Source: Poseidonia sp.
Lineage (GTDB): Archaea; Thermoplasmatota; Poseidoniia; Poseidoniales; Poseidoniaceae
Length of the DNA stretch: 64,000 bases
Assembly (NCBI GenBank): GCA_030829545.1
Contig: JAURAI010000002.1
Location: 128,260-192,259 of the forward strand
Direction: 5' to 3'
In this document: in pieces, positions 47,972 through 57,425 of the stretch
Position numbering within the stretch: the stretch's first letter is position 1
Layout: each line of letters starts with the position of its first letter
The notes under the pieces: model-generated
The model's database searches: none
Told to the model about the DNA's origin: nothing
Seen by the model: the letters and a program-made list of their open reading frames with translations, nothing else
Program-made: the position numbers and the translations under genes

Positions 47972-49065
47972 TGGAGCCCGAACACGAACCAACCCTCATC
48001 GACTTGGCCCACCGCTACGATTCTGAGGACATCATCGGATTCATTCGTTCTTTTGTCAATGATTTGCGCAGTGGCTTTGATGCCGTCAACACGGAACGTT
48101 TTCCCTGGCTGATAACCCTTCGTCAAGCACCGTGGTCGGGCGTGATTTGCCTCGGCATGGGCGGCAGTGGGGCTGGCGGCGATTTCTTGAGCGCACTCAG
48201 CGACTTGAAGGGAAATTGCCCCATTCACGTTTCCCGTGGCTACAGCCTCCCAGCCTGGTTTGATGCAACGTGGTTGGTTCTTGCCACCAGCCACAGTGGC
48301 AATACTGAAGAAACAGTTTCGGCGGCACAAACCGCCCTCGACAAAGGAGCCACAGTTGTTGTGATCGCATCGGGAGGCCATCTCGCTGGACTGCCTGAAA
48401 CATCAGAACATTGCTACTTGATTTCAACCGTGGGTGGACAACCTCCTCGAACGGCTTTTGGCCACATTTTCAGCCGTCAACTTTCTTTTTTGGAAGCGCT
48501 TGGGCTTCTACCCGGCATGGGCGATGCGGAACGGAATGCGATGCTGCTCCGTCTTCAGGAACATAACGAACATTTTGACATCCTCAACAATCCCGAGGGG
48601 GACATCGCATTGCTTGCTTCGAGTTTGATGGAACAACCCATTGCTGTGATCGGTCCAAAGGAATTGTCGCCCGTTCTCACACGGTTCAAGAATCAAATGA
48701 ACGAAAATGCGGCCCGCTTTGTACGGATTGGCGTGTTGCCTGAGATGAATCACAACGAAAGTGTTGCCTGGGGTGGAATCGGAGAAGAGGCCGACCCTGA
48801 GGCTGCCAATCAAGCACTGTTGCTCTTGACATGGGAGGGTATGCTGCCACGTGTTCGCCAACGACTCGACTGGATGGTAGCGCACGCTTCAACCGAAACG
48901 GCATGGAACCTCACTGGCGAGGGGGGAACTCTGCTTGAGGTCTTGTTGTACCATTGTTTGGTCATGGATTGGTTGTCGACGACGTTGGCCTTGCTTCGTG
49001 GAAAGGACCCTGCGGCCATCGCCCCAATTTCTTCCCTGAAAGAGCACTTGAATTCAATTCAATAA
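47968..49065 (+). CDS. Bifunctional phosphoglucose/phosphomannose isomerase (SIS-domain, archaeal type).
   Basis: GMGGSGAGGDFL and ATSHSGNTEET SIS motifs. ATGA overlap with the nmd3 stop. Confidence 0.75.
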   Translation: MMEPEHEPTLIDLAHRYDSEDIIGFIRSFVNDLRSGFDAVNTERFPWLITLRQAPWSGVICLGMGGSGAGGDFLSALSDLKGNCPIHVSRGYSLPAWFDATWLVLATSHSGNTEETVSAAQTALDKGATVVVIASGGHLAGLPETSEHCYLISTVGGQPPRTAFGHIFSRQLSFLEALGLLPGMGDAERNAMLLRLQEHNEHFDILNNPEGDIALLASSLMEQPIAVIGPKELSPVLTRFKNQMNENAARFVRIGVLPEMNHNESVAWGGIGEEADPEAANQALLLLTWEGMLPRVRQRLDWMVAHASTETAWNLTGEGGTLLEVLLYHCLVMDWLSTTLALLRGKDPAAIAPISSLKEHLNSIQ

Positions 49066-49679
49066 AGCGGCCCGCAAATGAGGCGTGGATCGGGAAACTG
49101 CTGAAGAGCTGCTTCTCGGTCGGCAGGCCTGACAACGCCTGGTAAATCGCCGTCTTCGGGAGGCTTCCAAGCCATCTGTACGTGTACGTGGGGAGGCCAG
49201 CCGCCGTTTTCGTCTTCATGACCCAAGCGTGCAATTACATCGCCCGCTTCAAACCTATCACCTGCAGTCCAATCTTGAAGACTGTCCCAACTCAAATGCC
49301 CGTAGAGAACCCAAAACGTGCGTGCTTCTTGCATCTGTTGACCGCCAACAGCATCGGGTAAGGAGAGGTGATGTTCGGTAATGAGTGTTGGACCATAGGA
49401 GCCCGGTTCATCGTTCATAGCAATGGCGAAAATCTTGCCGTCTCCAAAAGCGTAGACGGGGGTGTCATGGGGTGCACCAAGGTCCAGCCCCACGTGATGG
49501 GTGCGTTCGCCTTCAAACAATTCAGTGGTGTACATCATCGGACGGTTTTCATCATAACGGCCTACTGAATATCTGTACGGAGCCTTCCAACCGTCTGGTG
49601 AAGGACGAGAAAAATCATGCACCCAATAGGATTCATCAAAGAGAAGCGTTGGATGAAAAGCATGTGATGGCTCATCCAT
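49059..49679 (-). CDS. M23-family (LytM-like) metallopeptidase-domain protein, with no signal peptide.
   Basis: HHVGLDLGAPHDTPVYAFGDGKI (HxxxD) and GGWPPHVHVQM (HxH) metal-ligand motifs. Confidence 0.75.
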   Translation of the reverse strand: MDEPSHAFHPTLLFDESYWVHDFSRPSPDGWKAPYRYSVGRYDENRPMMYTTELFEGERTHHVGLDLGAPHDTPVYAFGDGKIFAIAMNDEPGSYGPTLITEHHLSLPDAVGGQQMQEARTFWVLYGHLSWDSLQDWTAGDRFEAGDVIARLGHEDENGGWPPHVHVQMAWKPPEDGDLPGVVRPADREAALQQFPDPRLICGPLY

Positions 49680-49751
49680 GCCATGCAGACAAGGGGTTTC
49701 TACTTGAGGTTTCGCAGAATACTCAAGTCATGCCTGTGATGTGCATCTCTC

Positions 49752-52055
49752 ATGCTCGGTAGCATTCTCGTGCTTTTGGTGCCGAGTTTGCTGCCGGGTT
49801 GGGCGCTTGCATCGGTTCTCGACGGCAGTGGTGACCGTTTGCGGAAAGCCTTGCTTTCACCAGCACTTGGATTGCTGCTGCTCTACGGCGTATCGGGAGG
49901 TCTTCTTTTGCTCAATGTGTGGTCTCTTTGGGCGATGGTCATTGCCTTTGCCGGCCTCAATGCAGTCGCTTGGAGGCTGGTATATGTTCGTCATGAAGAA
50001 GTATCACAGCGCAGCCATTGGCAGCGTCTCGAAGCGGCCATGCACGGCGAGGTCAGTGAAACGATTACCGCGACCATCAGTGAAGAGGCTGGGGTGCAAT
50101 TGGAATTTCAGAAGAACCGCCACCTCCCTTTGATGGCGCTAAGCCTCGCAGTTGCCGGCATCGCCTTGCTCAGCCCCTTTCTCCAAACTTATCCATTCGG
50201 CGTGGACTGGATTGGTTTTGCTGTATTGAGTCAGCAAATAGCCGTGGATGGTAATTTGATGTTGAGTGGGACCAATGAAGGGTTTTGGACGTACCCCCCT
50301 GCATTCCCATCGCTTGCATCGTGGGTGGTTTCCATCACTGGAACCGATGCAGGACAAGCCGTTTTCCATTTGGGACATTACACGCTTTTCGTCCTTCTCA
50401 TCGGCCTCATGGGAGCGTTTGACCGTCACGGTGCAGGCGCTTATGCCGTCCTTTCCATGGGCTTGGGTTTAGGATTATTTGCCAAGACCTTTGATTCAGG
50501 TTACCCAAGCGTAGCCAGTCAACTTGGTCTCATCGTCGGCGTCTTGGTACTTCTGCGCCCAAGTCAAGAACGCCAGCGACATCACACGCTGGGCCTGTGC
50601 ATGGCGTTGCTGTGCATCGCGATGATTCACCCCACGGGAGCCATCTATCTGGCCCTCTTCATGCTCAGTCACGTGATTCATGGATTCAAACTGGACGACG
50701 AGGAGCATCAAGAATTGGTTCGACGCTTTGCTTACGTGGTTTCTGCCTTCATCACGTTCGGGTTTGCCCTTGCTCTCCTCGTGATCGCTCCACGTTTGTT
50801 CGAAGAGGCGGTATTTTCTGAATACGGATGGCAGGGTGGTCGTCCGCTTTTGGTATACAATGGATTTGTGCTTCTCGCAGCCATGTTCGCAGCCATTGGC
50901 CTGCGAGCGACCCTCGAAGCAAGAATCATCACGACCTGGTTTGCCTGTCTTTGGCTGCTGAGTTGCGTCCACCTTGTTGAAGGACTGCAAAACATTCCCA
51001 TTCTTTCGCTTCTCTCCTACACCCTTTATTCCATGGCCCTGCATGCATTCCACGTTCCGCTAGCTCTCTTAGTGGCCCTTTGGTGGTCCCCCAAAACCAA
51101 CTTAACACCCGTGAACGATGATGTCGAAATAAAGTGGCCATCCATGCCAGAATCTGTTGGTCTTGTCGTATTGAGTGGCGTACTTATCGGCGCTTTATTC
51201 GCACCATCAATCGCGTTGAGCCTGTCACAACATGATGAATTGCAGGCCGTCGCTCCCGGCGACCACGCATTGCGAGAACGCCTCGGTGAAATCGAAGGAG
51301 CCGTTTACACTGAAAACATGCACTGGGGCTATGTTTGGAATGCTCCCGAAGGTGTTCAAACAACATCAATTCCAACTCTGGGGCTCGTCTACTTGACGGC
51401 AGGAGAACAAACCAATGCCACACGCGCCATTTACGCAGACAATGTCAGTTTTTTTCGCTCCCAAAACATGAATCATGCTCTTACGTCTCCTCTTGGCAGC
51501 ATACAATGGGCTTTGGCCGTCTCCCCCTACTGGGAGCGACTCATCGAAGTCGACGGCGCTGCTTTGTGGGCGCTGGTTCCAGAAGGAGATGCTGATGTCA
51601 GTCTCCTAAGCGGCATTGATGGCGAGGATTGTGTAGCATGTGTTTCCAGACTTGACCCGTGGCGAGACCATCGATTCCGAGACCCAATGAACCTCGGGGA
51701 CGAACGACCATTCCTTGCTGAAGGCACCCCTGCAAAGGTCAAGGTTTCTTCACCAACAGCAGCGACAAAGCTCTGCATGACCTACGAAGTCATCGGCGAG
51801 GTCAATGGTTTGTACATCCAATCAAGCAGTGGTCTCGAACGACCTTTCCACGCACTCAGGCAGGATGCAGGCTATCATCAGAGATGCTTTGACCTCGATG
51901 CCGATAGCAGCATTGAGCACCTCAATATTTCATGGAAGGCAGATGAACCCACGCGTTGGGTCAATCCACTCGGTTTGTCGGGCAGAGATACGGTCCTGAT
52001 CGACCGTACGGGCGTCAAGTTTCACTGGATTGAATGGCAGGGGGCGAGTTCGTGA
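49752..52055 (+). CDS. Large polytopic membrane protein with a C-terminal soluble domain. Possibly a GT-C-fold glycosyltransferase.
   Basis: About 12-13 hydrophobic helices over ~480 aa, then a ~280 aa hydrophilic domain. Its stop overlaps the start of a GT2 gene. No WWDYG (AglB) motif seen. The function is inferred from architecture and context only. Confidence 0.45.
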   Translation: MLGSILVLLVPSLLPGWALASVLDGSGDRLRKALLSPALGLLLLYGVSGGLLLLNVWSLWAMVIAFAGLNAVAWRLVYVRHEEVSQRSHWQRLEAAMHGEVSETITATISEEAGVQLEFQKNRHLPLMALSLAVAGIALLSPFLQTYPFGVDWIGFAVLSQQIAVDGNLMLSGTNEGFWTYPPAFPSLASWVVSITGTDAGQAVFHLGHYTLFVLLIGLMGAFDRHGAGAYAVLSMGLGLGLFAKTFDSGYPSVASQLGLIVGVLVLLRPSQERQRHHTLGLCMALLCIAMIHPTGAIYLALFMLSHVIHGFKLDDEEHQELVRRFAYVVSAFITFGFALALLVIAPRLFEEAVFSEYGWQGGRPLLVYNGFVLLAAMFAAIGLRATLEARIITTWFACLWLLSCVHLVEGLQNIPILSLLSYTLYSMALHAFHVPLALLVALWWSPKTNLTPVNDDVEIKWPSMPESVGLVVLSGVLIGALFAPSIALSLSQHDELQAVAPGDHALRERLGEIEGAVYTENMHWGYVWNAPEGVQTTSIPTLGLVYLTAGEQTNATRAIYADNVSFFRSQNMNHALTSPLGSIQWALAVSPYWERLIEVDGAALWALVPEGDADVSLLSGIDGEDCVACVSRLDPWRDHRFRDPMNLGDERPFLAEGTPAKVKVSSPTAATKLCMTYEVIGEVNGLYIQSSSGLERPFHALRQDAGYHQRCFDLDADSSIEHLNISWKADEPTRWVNPLGLSGRDTVLIDRTGVKFHWIEWQGASS

Positions 52056-52792
52056 GCAAAAGCCATGAAGATATGCATGCTAGCCCCCACATGCAACACC
52101 TCGTTGTTCTCCTTCCCGTGCTCAATGAAGCACTCGGGTTGGATTGGGTGCTCAACAGGCTCCCAAGCGACGCGCTCAAAGCCATGGGTTTCTCAGTTTC
52201 GGCCCTCGTGATGGACGGTCACAGCACCGACCAAACACGTGATGTTGCAGCAGAACATGGCGTTCATTTCCTTGAACAACACGGGCATGGAAAGGGAACT
52301 GCAATCCGTCATGGTTTCCGTGAAGCCCTCAACATGGGTGCCGATGTCGTTGTCATGTTGGACGCCGATGGCACCTATGCACCAGATGAGATGACCAAAC
52401 TTATCGCTCGTCTTGAACGCTATGACGTGGTGATTGGAGACCGTCTCAGTGGCAACATTGCACCAACGGCGATGACTCGTATGAATTTCGTTGGCAATCA
52501 CCTCCTCACTTGGTTTGCAACCGCTCTTTACGGCGTGACCACCAAGGATGTTTGCTCTGGTTTTTGGGCCTTCAGCCAACGAAGCATTGAGACGTTAATG
52601 TTGAACAGTGTCTCGTTTGAAATTGAGGCTGAGATGTATGCAAACATGGTCCATCAAAACATTTCCTTCGGTTACCACCCGATTTCATACGGCCCACGAA
52701 TCGGAGAGGCGAAATTAGGCTCCACTGCAGACGGTTGGAAAATTCTCCGCAAATTGGTCACGCGTCGTATTCTTCCCAACCCAACCTTGTGA
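52052..52792 (+). CDS. Family 2 glycosyltransferase (dolichyl-phosphate hexose synthase-like).
   Basis: HLVVLLPVLNEALGL, VVMLDADGTY (DxD), GDRLSG. The GTG at 52052 overlaps the upstream stop (GTGA); alternative ATGs at 52034, 52073 and 52091. Confidence 0.8.
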   Translation: MSKSHEDMHASPHMQHLVVLLPVLNEALGLDWVLNRLPSDALKAMGFSVSALVMDGHSTDQTRDVAAEHGVHFLEQHGHGKGTAIRHGFREALNMGADVVVMLDADGTYAPDEMTKLIARLERYDVVIGDRLSGNIAPTAMTRMNFVGNHLLTWFATALYGVTTKDVCSGFWAFSQRSIETLMLNSVSFEIEAEMYANMVHQNISFGYHPISYGPRIGEAKLGSTADGWKILRKLVTRRILPNPTL

Positions 52793-52838
52793 TGAATCCA
52801 ATCCAAGACCTCAAAACAATGAGGGAAATGCGAAAGCC

Positions 52839-53894
52839 ATGCACCGGCACAAAGCGATTGTCCTTGGTGCTGGTGGGCTGGTTGGTCAACGGCTTCAACA
52901 GCGACTCGTGAGCCATCCCATGTTCGAAATTGTTGCCGTCGCTGGAAGCCCATCGTCTGCTGGACGCTCACTCAGCGACATACCTTGGCGATTGGATGAA
53001 CCCCGCCCCGCACTGCCGGAAACGATTGTTATTGATTCAAATGCGAAGGATCTGGTGCAACAATGCCATTCAATGGGCGTTGAATACGCTTTTTCTGGCC
53101 TGCCGTCATCGATTGCTGTTAAGGTTGAGAAGAACTTGGTAGACGCTGGCATCACTGTGTTTTCAAACGCAAGTTCGTACCGCAGAGCAACGGGCGTTCC
53201 ACTCATCATACCAGAGGTCAACCCGCATCATTATCTTGAGGCCCGCCACTATTGTGCCACCAACTGCACGCTCATCCCTCTTGCTTTTCCCGTTGCTGCT
53301 CTCGCCAAGATCACGGACATTCAATCCATCAACATGCGCAGCGAACAAGCCTTGTCAGGTGCAGGTTGGGAACTCCTTTTCGACGAAGAAGCATTGGCAG
53401 GCCATGTCAACCCGTCCATCGATGGCGAGGCTGAAAAGACGGCCGCAGAACTTCTCCATGTGATGGGCAATCTCTCCAACCAATCGGTCGTTCCTGCTGA
53501 ATTTCCTCTCGAAATCAATTGTGAGCGTGTTCCCCGACCAAATGGCCATCAAGTCTTCGTTGAACTCGTCACCGGCGAGCCCTTGAATGAGCAACAAATT
53601 ATTGATGCGTTTCGTGGATTGGGCTTGCATCACGACTTACCCAGTCGTCCGAATCAAGCCATCCATATCGTTGATCAAATCGATGTTGACCTCCACCTGT
53701 GGAGTGATGGAACATCATTCAATGAACGTCCCGAACCGAGCAAGGACCTGAAAACCGGCATGGCCGTTGTGGTGGGTGACCTCTCTGTGGAGGGATGCAC
53801 GATTTGCTTCAGTTCATACTCTCACAACACCGTGCGCGGGGCTGCAGGTGGTGTTGTCTATTTGGCGGAATTTGTTCTCGCAAATACTTCGTGA
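52839..53894 (+). CDS. asd: Aspartate-semialdehyde dehydrogenase (archaeal type).
   Basis: KAIVLGAGGLVGQRL Rossmann motif, active-site CATNCTLIPL, and C-terminal HNTVRGAAGG. Confidence 0.85.
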   Translation: MHRHKAIVLGAGGLVGQRLQQRLVSHPMFEIVAVAGSPSSAGRSLSDIPWRLDEPRPALPETIVIDSNAKDLVQQCHSMGVEYAFSGLPSSIAVKVEKNLVDAGITVFSNASSYRRATGVPLIIPEVNPHHYLEARHYCATNCTLIPLAFPVAALAKITDIQSINMRSEQALSGAGWELLFDEEALAGHVNPSIDGEAEKTAAELLHVMGNLSNQSVVPAEFPLEINCERVPRPNGHQVFVELVTGEPLNEQQIIDAFRGLGLHHDLPSRPNQAIHIVDQIDVDLHLWSDGTSFNERPEPSKDLKTGMAVVVGDLSVEGCTICFSSYSHNTVRGAAGGVVYLAEFVLANTS

Positions 53895-53948
53895 TTTCAA
53901 TTCGGCATCCCTAAAACACCGTTCCCCCTCCACTGAACAGGTGCGCCA

Positions 53949-55001
53949 ATGGGAATCACTGCGATGATACCGGACATGACCATTGGGCAGTTAACCCAAG
54001 AGGCATCCAGTCGGTGGGGTGAAATTTGGGACCCAAACGCAACCCGGATGCGCATTCTCTTACTGTGCCCGCGTAAAGAACGAAAAATGATGGAACTGCA
54101 CGGCGACATGGTTGAGCACGGCCAACCTGTGATGGCAGTCTTCCACCGCCCCAGAGCGGAAGCTCCTCTCCTCGAGGAGCAGGGTTTTGATACTCGGGCT
54201 GCTTCTTTCCAATTTGTTGATATTTCCACACCCGACCTCGGCCCGTGGATGCAACATATGGTTAGCAATGAAGGATGGATTCGTGGCTCGATTGAAATCG
54301 CATCAACGCCATTCTCTGTAGGATTGCCATCCCAACGACCCTTTGAAACCGAACGAACACTCTACTTCCGACACCCTTCACTGCCTGCGCTTGAGAGGTA
54401 TTACCTGCCTTTCCCTGTGGAATCGCTCCCTGGAAAGTGCTTTGTCAGCCTACCGCGAAGAGCCGCTGCTGAAATGGCTCGCCAACAAGCGGAAGTCTTG
54501 GGAATCGGTCGTTTGGAAAAGCCCGCCCCTGAACCTGAACCTGCTCCACCAGAGCCACCTGCACCAAAGGTTGAGCAGCAACCTGCTTCCGTTGAAACAC
54601 CCGAGGAACCTGCCACTCCGGCAACTGAACCTGCTGAAAAAACCGAAGAAATCGCTGTTCCGTTGCCGCCCTCTGCGAGCCAACAGGACGACTCAATGAA
54701 CGAAGCCAATGCTGAGCAGATACCACTCCCTACTCAAGCAGAGGCGCCACTTTCTGAAGAAGGAACTTCACACGTGCCTCAAGAGGATATCGCACTTCCC
54801 GAGCCGACCCCCGACCCAGAGCCGGACCGAAGTGACCTTGAAATGGATTTACGCGCCTTCTTCCAAGAACTGATCGATGCTGGTGTAGAACCAAGCGAAT
54901 TCATGGATGATGCACGTTGGGAAGACCTCAACGAACGCGCCCTCGCTGAACATCTCGAAACATGGCCCATCTTGTTGGAAATGACTGCCATGGGCCAATA
55001 A
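53949..55001 (+). CDS. Hypothetical protein: a ~190-aa globular N-domain, a Pro/Glu-rich linker and an acidic helical C-domain.
   Basis: A long ORF that matches the direction of the flanking genes. Linker PAPEPEPAPPEPPAPKVEQQPAS... No recognisable catalytic motif. Confidence 0.5.
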   Translation: MGITAMIPDMTIGQLTQEASSRWGEIWDPNATRMRILLLCPRKERKMMELHGDMVEHGQPVMAVFHRPRAEAPLLEEQGFDTRAASFQFVDISTPDLGPWMQHMVSNEGWIRGSIEIASTPFSVGLPSQRPFETERTLYFRHPSLPALERYYLPFPVESLPGKCFVSLPRRAAAEMARQQAEVLGIGRLEKPAPEPEPAPPEPPAPKVEQQPASVETPEEPATPATEPAEKTEEIAVPLPPSASQQDDSMNEANAEQIPLPTQAEAPLSEEGTSHVPQEDIALPEPTPDPEPDRSDLEMDLRAFFQELIDAGVEPSEFMDDARWEDLNERALAEHLETWPILLEMTAMGQ

Positions 55002-55042
55002 GATTGAAGATGAAGAGGCCATAGCAAAGACGAGGGAGCGAC

Positions 55043-55231
55043 ATGGGATTTTGCATCAATTGTGGACAGCAACACCATGATGGCACTCGGTTTTGCCGCT
55101 TTTGTGGCAACCAACAACCTGGTGAAGCCTTGCTCCAACGCCTTCGAATTGAAGCACAGCAAATTCATGCCATTCGTCTCCAGATGCAGGCTCAACAACA
55201 AGGCAATCCCTATCAGCAACGTCGCTGGTGA
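55043..55231 (+). CDS. Small zinc-ribbon protein with a Gln-rich helix.
   Basis: MGFCINCGQQHHDGTRFCRFCG (CxxC-x10-CxxC). Its stop overlaps the downstream start (GTGA). Confidence 0.5.
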   Translation: MGFCINCGQQHHDGTRFCRFCGNQQPGEALLQRLRIEAQQIHAIRLQMQAQQQGNPYQQRRW

Positions 55232-55887
55232 AGGGCATGCGTCCCAAACATTTGGCGATTCAGCTCTCTCGATTAGCACCTCATCCATGCTTGCGTGTTG
55301 AACTGGAACAGTACGCTACTGAGGGTGACCTCGCAGCGTATTGGATGCTTGCGGTTGACCAAACCGATGGTTTCGATGGACTGCACGTTGTTGATTTAGG
55401 AAGCGGAAATGGCATTTTAGGAATTGCTGCCCTGCTCTTAGGGGCACGGAAGGTGACCTTTGTGGAAACTGACAAGGACGCTCTGGTGGTGTTGCATTCC
55501 AACATCAACAGTCTGGACCACCCACTGGCTGGTCAGGCCGAAGTAATAGAAGCACACATTGGCCAAGACGAACTTGACCTCTCCTCGGTTGACTTGATTG
55601 TCATGAATCCTCCTTGGGGTGTTCAATCGGCCCAGGCTGACCGCCCTTTTTTGGAACTCGCTTTCAATTCCAATGCCTCGGCAATTCACATCTTGCACAG
55701 CGAGAAAGCAGCACATATTGAGCCCCTTGCAAAAGACAATGGATGGCATTGGGAGCACATCATACGTACCGTCTTTCGATTACCACCGACCTACATGCAC
55801 CACAGCCAACGACGCGGAGATACCGAGGTCATGTGCTGGCGTTTTCACCGACCCGGTGATGCCCGCTTGCCTCAAGATGAATCCTAG
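55228..55887 (+). CDS. N6-adenine-type SAM methyltransferase, COG2263/METTL5-like predicted RNA methylase.
   Basis: VVDLGSGNGILGIAA (SAM motif I) and IVMNPPWG (NPPW motif IV). Start at the GTG at 55228 or the ATG at 55237. Confidence 0.75.
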   Translation: MKGMRPKHLAIQLSRLAPHPCLRVELEQYATEGDLAAYWMLAVDQTDGFDGLHVVDLGSGNGILGIAALLLGARKVTFVETDKDALVVLHSNINSLDHPLAGQAEVIEAHIGQDELDLSSVDLIVMNPPWGVQSAQADRPFLELAFNSNASAIHILHSEKAAHIEPLAKDNGWHWEHIIRTVFRLPPTYMHHSQRRGDTEVMCWRFHRPGDARLPQDES

Positions 55888-55945
55888 CCGGCCCGTAAGG
55901 GGGGTTGAAAAGGAAGGAGCCCTCGCCTACAATTAGCGAAACAGC

Positions 55946-57400
55946 GTGCGACTCACACCGAGCCACGTCGCTAAAGGAATGATTACAATGACGGCGAGCC
56001 TCGTCACCCCGGGAAGCATCATCGGCCAGGAAGGCCAACACGAACACGGCGAAGGAACCTCAGTTCACGGCGGAAACATCATCTCAACGGTGGTTGGATA
56101 CGTCCATGTCAACGAGGGCACCATCAATGTCACAGCCTCAAAGCCCATCGTTTCACCTGTGGTAGGCGACACGGTTCTTTGCGAAATTGTCAAACTCAAT
56201 GAAAAGAATGGCGAGGCCATGGTTCTGTGCATTGAAGGAAAACCCGGTTCCATCCAACCCCAGCACCTCTACGGGCAATTCTTCGTCACTGGTTTGGTTG
56301 ACCGATTCATGCATCAAACTTCTGACGCACTCCGCCGTCGCGACGTTTGCCGCGCAGTGATTAAGGAGGTTGAACCGGTCGTCCGACTCGATTTCCGAGA
56401 ACGTGATGACTGTGGCGTTCTTCACGCTATTTGCCCACCTTGTGGAGACACCCTTGAAGCCCACCTTGATGGAGACTGGAACGTTCTCTGCCCTACATGT
56501 GGCTACCAATCTTACCGCGCTCTTGCTGACAATTTTGGAGCAGGTTGGGCTGAACTTGACCAAGGATCAAGCAGCCTCAACAATGCTGGAAAGCGCTGGG
56601 GAGCAGCAGCCGAAGCCATGTTCGCTAAGGGACCCGCAGGCCGTGCCACCTTCATCGCAGCAGATGTTCGTGAAGACGGTCGTGAGCGAACTTACTTCAG
56701 ATTTGAAGGCCAAGCCGGCGATGGACGTCGAGGTCAACAACGTGCAGCACCAGGCACACGACTCTTCGTGGGCGGACTGCCTCGTGAGATCGGAACTGAT
56801 GAATTGCGTGACCTCTTTACCAAGCACGGCGATATGACCGACTGTATCGTACTCACTGACGACGCTGGAGTCAATCGAGGCTTCGGCTTCGTCACCTATG
56901 CAGACAAGGCCATGGCTGAAGCAGCCATCAGCGCTCTTGACGGACACCGCATCAATGGACGACGCATCGGTGTTCGAGATGCTGATGATGATGAAAAGAA
57001 AGGCAACAAGAAGGAGCGCAAGGAGCCTCAAGGATTGAAACTCTACATTGGCAATCTGCCCTTCACAAGCACCAGTGAACAACTCAACGAGATGGTCGGG
57101 GCTCACGCTACCGTGAACGAAGTAATTCTCGCCACCGGACCGGGTGGCAAACCCAAGGGCTTTGGCTTTGTATTCATCCAAGAAAAGGACAAGGGCGAAG
57201 CGGTCGTCAGTGCGCTCAACAACAGCGAAATTGATGGACGACGCATCAAGGTCGATATCGCCAAACCCAAAGGCAGCAAGGGTGGAGACCGTGGCCGAGA
57301 CGGGAATAAGGGTGGAAAGTCCTCCCGAGAAATGCAAGCTCTCCGAGAAGAAGAGGGTGGAAAGAAGCGAAATCGCCGCTCTCGTCCAAAGAAGGATTGA
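55946..57400 (+). CDS. csl4: Exosome cap protein Csl4 (S1 domain plus Zn ribbon) fused to two RRM domains and an Arg/Gly/Lys-rich tail.
   Basis: Residues ~15-200 are colinear with archaeal Csl4 (PGSIIG..., GDTVLCEIVKLN, CGVLHAICPPCG...LCPTCG...DNFGAGW). RRM1 has RNP2 LFVGGL and RNP1 RGFGFVTY. RRM2 has LYIGNL and KGFGFVFI. The tail is GSKGGDRGRDGNKGGK...KKRNRRSRPKKD. The true start may be an ATG at 55979 or 55988. Confidence 0.85.
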   Translation: MRLTPSHVAKGMITMTASLVTPGSIIGQEGQHEHGEGTSVHGGNIISTVVGYVHVNEGTINVTASKPIVSPVVGDTVLCEIVKLNEKNGEAMVLCIEGKPGSIQPQHLYGQFFVTGLVDRFMHQTSDALRRRDVCRAVIKEVEPVVRLDFRERDDCGVLHAICPPCGDTLEAHLDGDWNVLCPTCGYQSYRALADNFGAGWAELDQGSSSLNNAGKRWGAAAEAMFAKGPAGRATFIAADVREDGRERTYFRFEGQAGDGRRGQQRAAPGTRLFVGGLPREIGTDELRDLFTKHGDMTDCIVLTDDAGVNRGFGFVTYADKAMAEAAISALDGHRINGRRIGVRDADDDEKKGNKKERKEPQGLKLYIGNLPFTSTSEQLNEMVGAHATVNEVILATGPGGKPKGFGFVFIQEKDKGEAVVSALNNSEIDGRRIKVDIAKPKGSKGGDRGRDGNKGGKSSREMQALREEEGGKKRNRRSRPKKD

Positions 57401-57425
57401 AGGGGCACAGTGCCTCGCTTCCTCC

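Noticed and set aside
50496-51053. 185-aa minus-strand ORF inside the polytopic membrane protein gene. The 8878-9399 minus-strand ORF inside ileS is a similar case.
   Set aside because: Each is antisense to a coding frame with strong support: hydrophobic periodicity in the first case and aaRS motifs in the second. Both are shadow ORFs.
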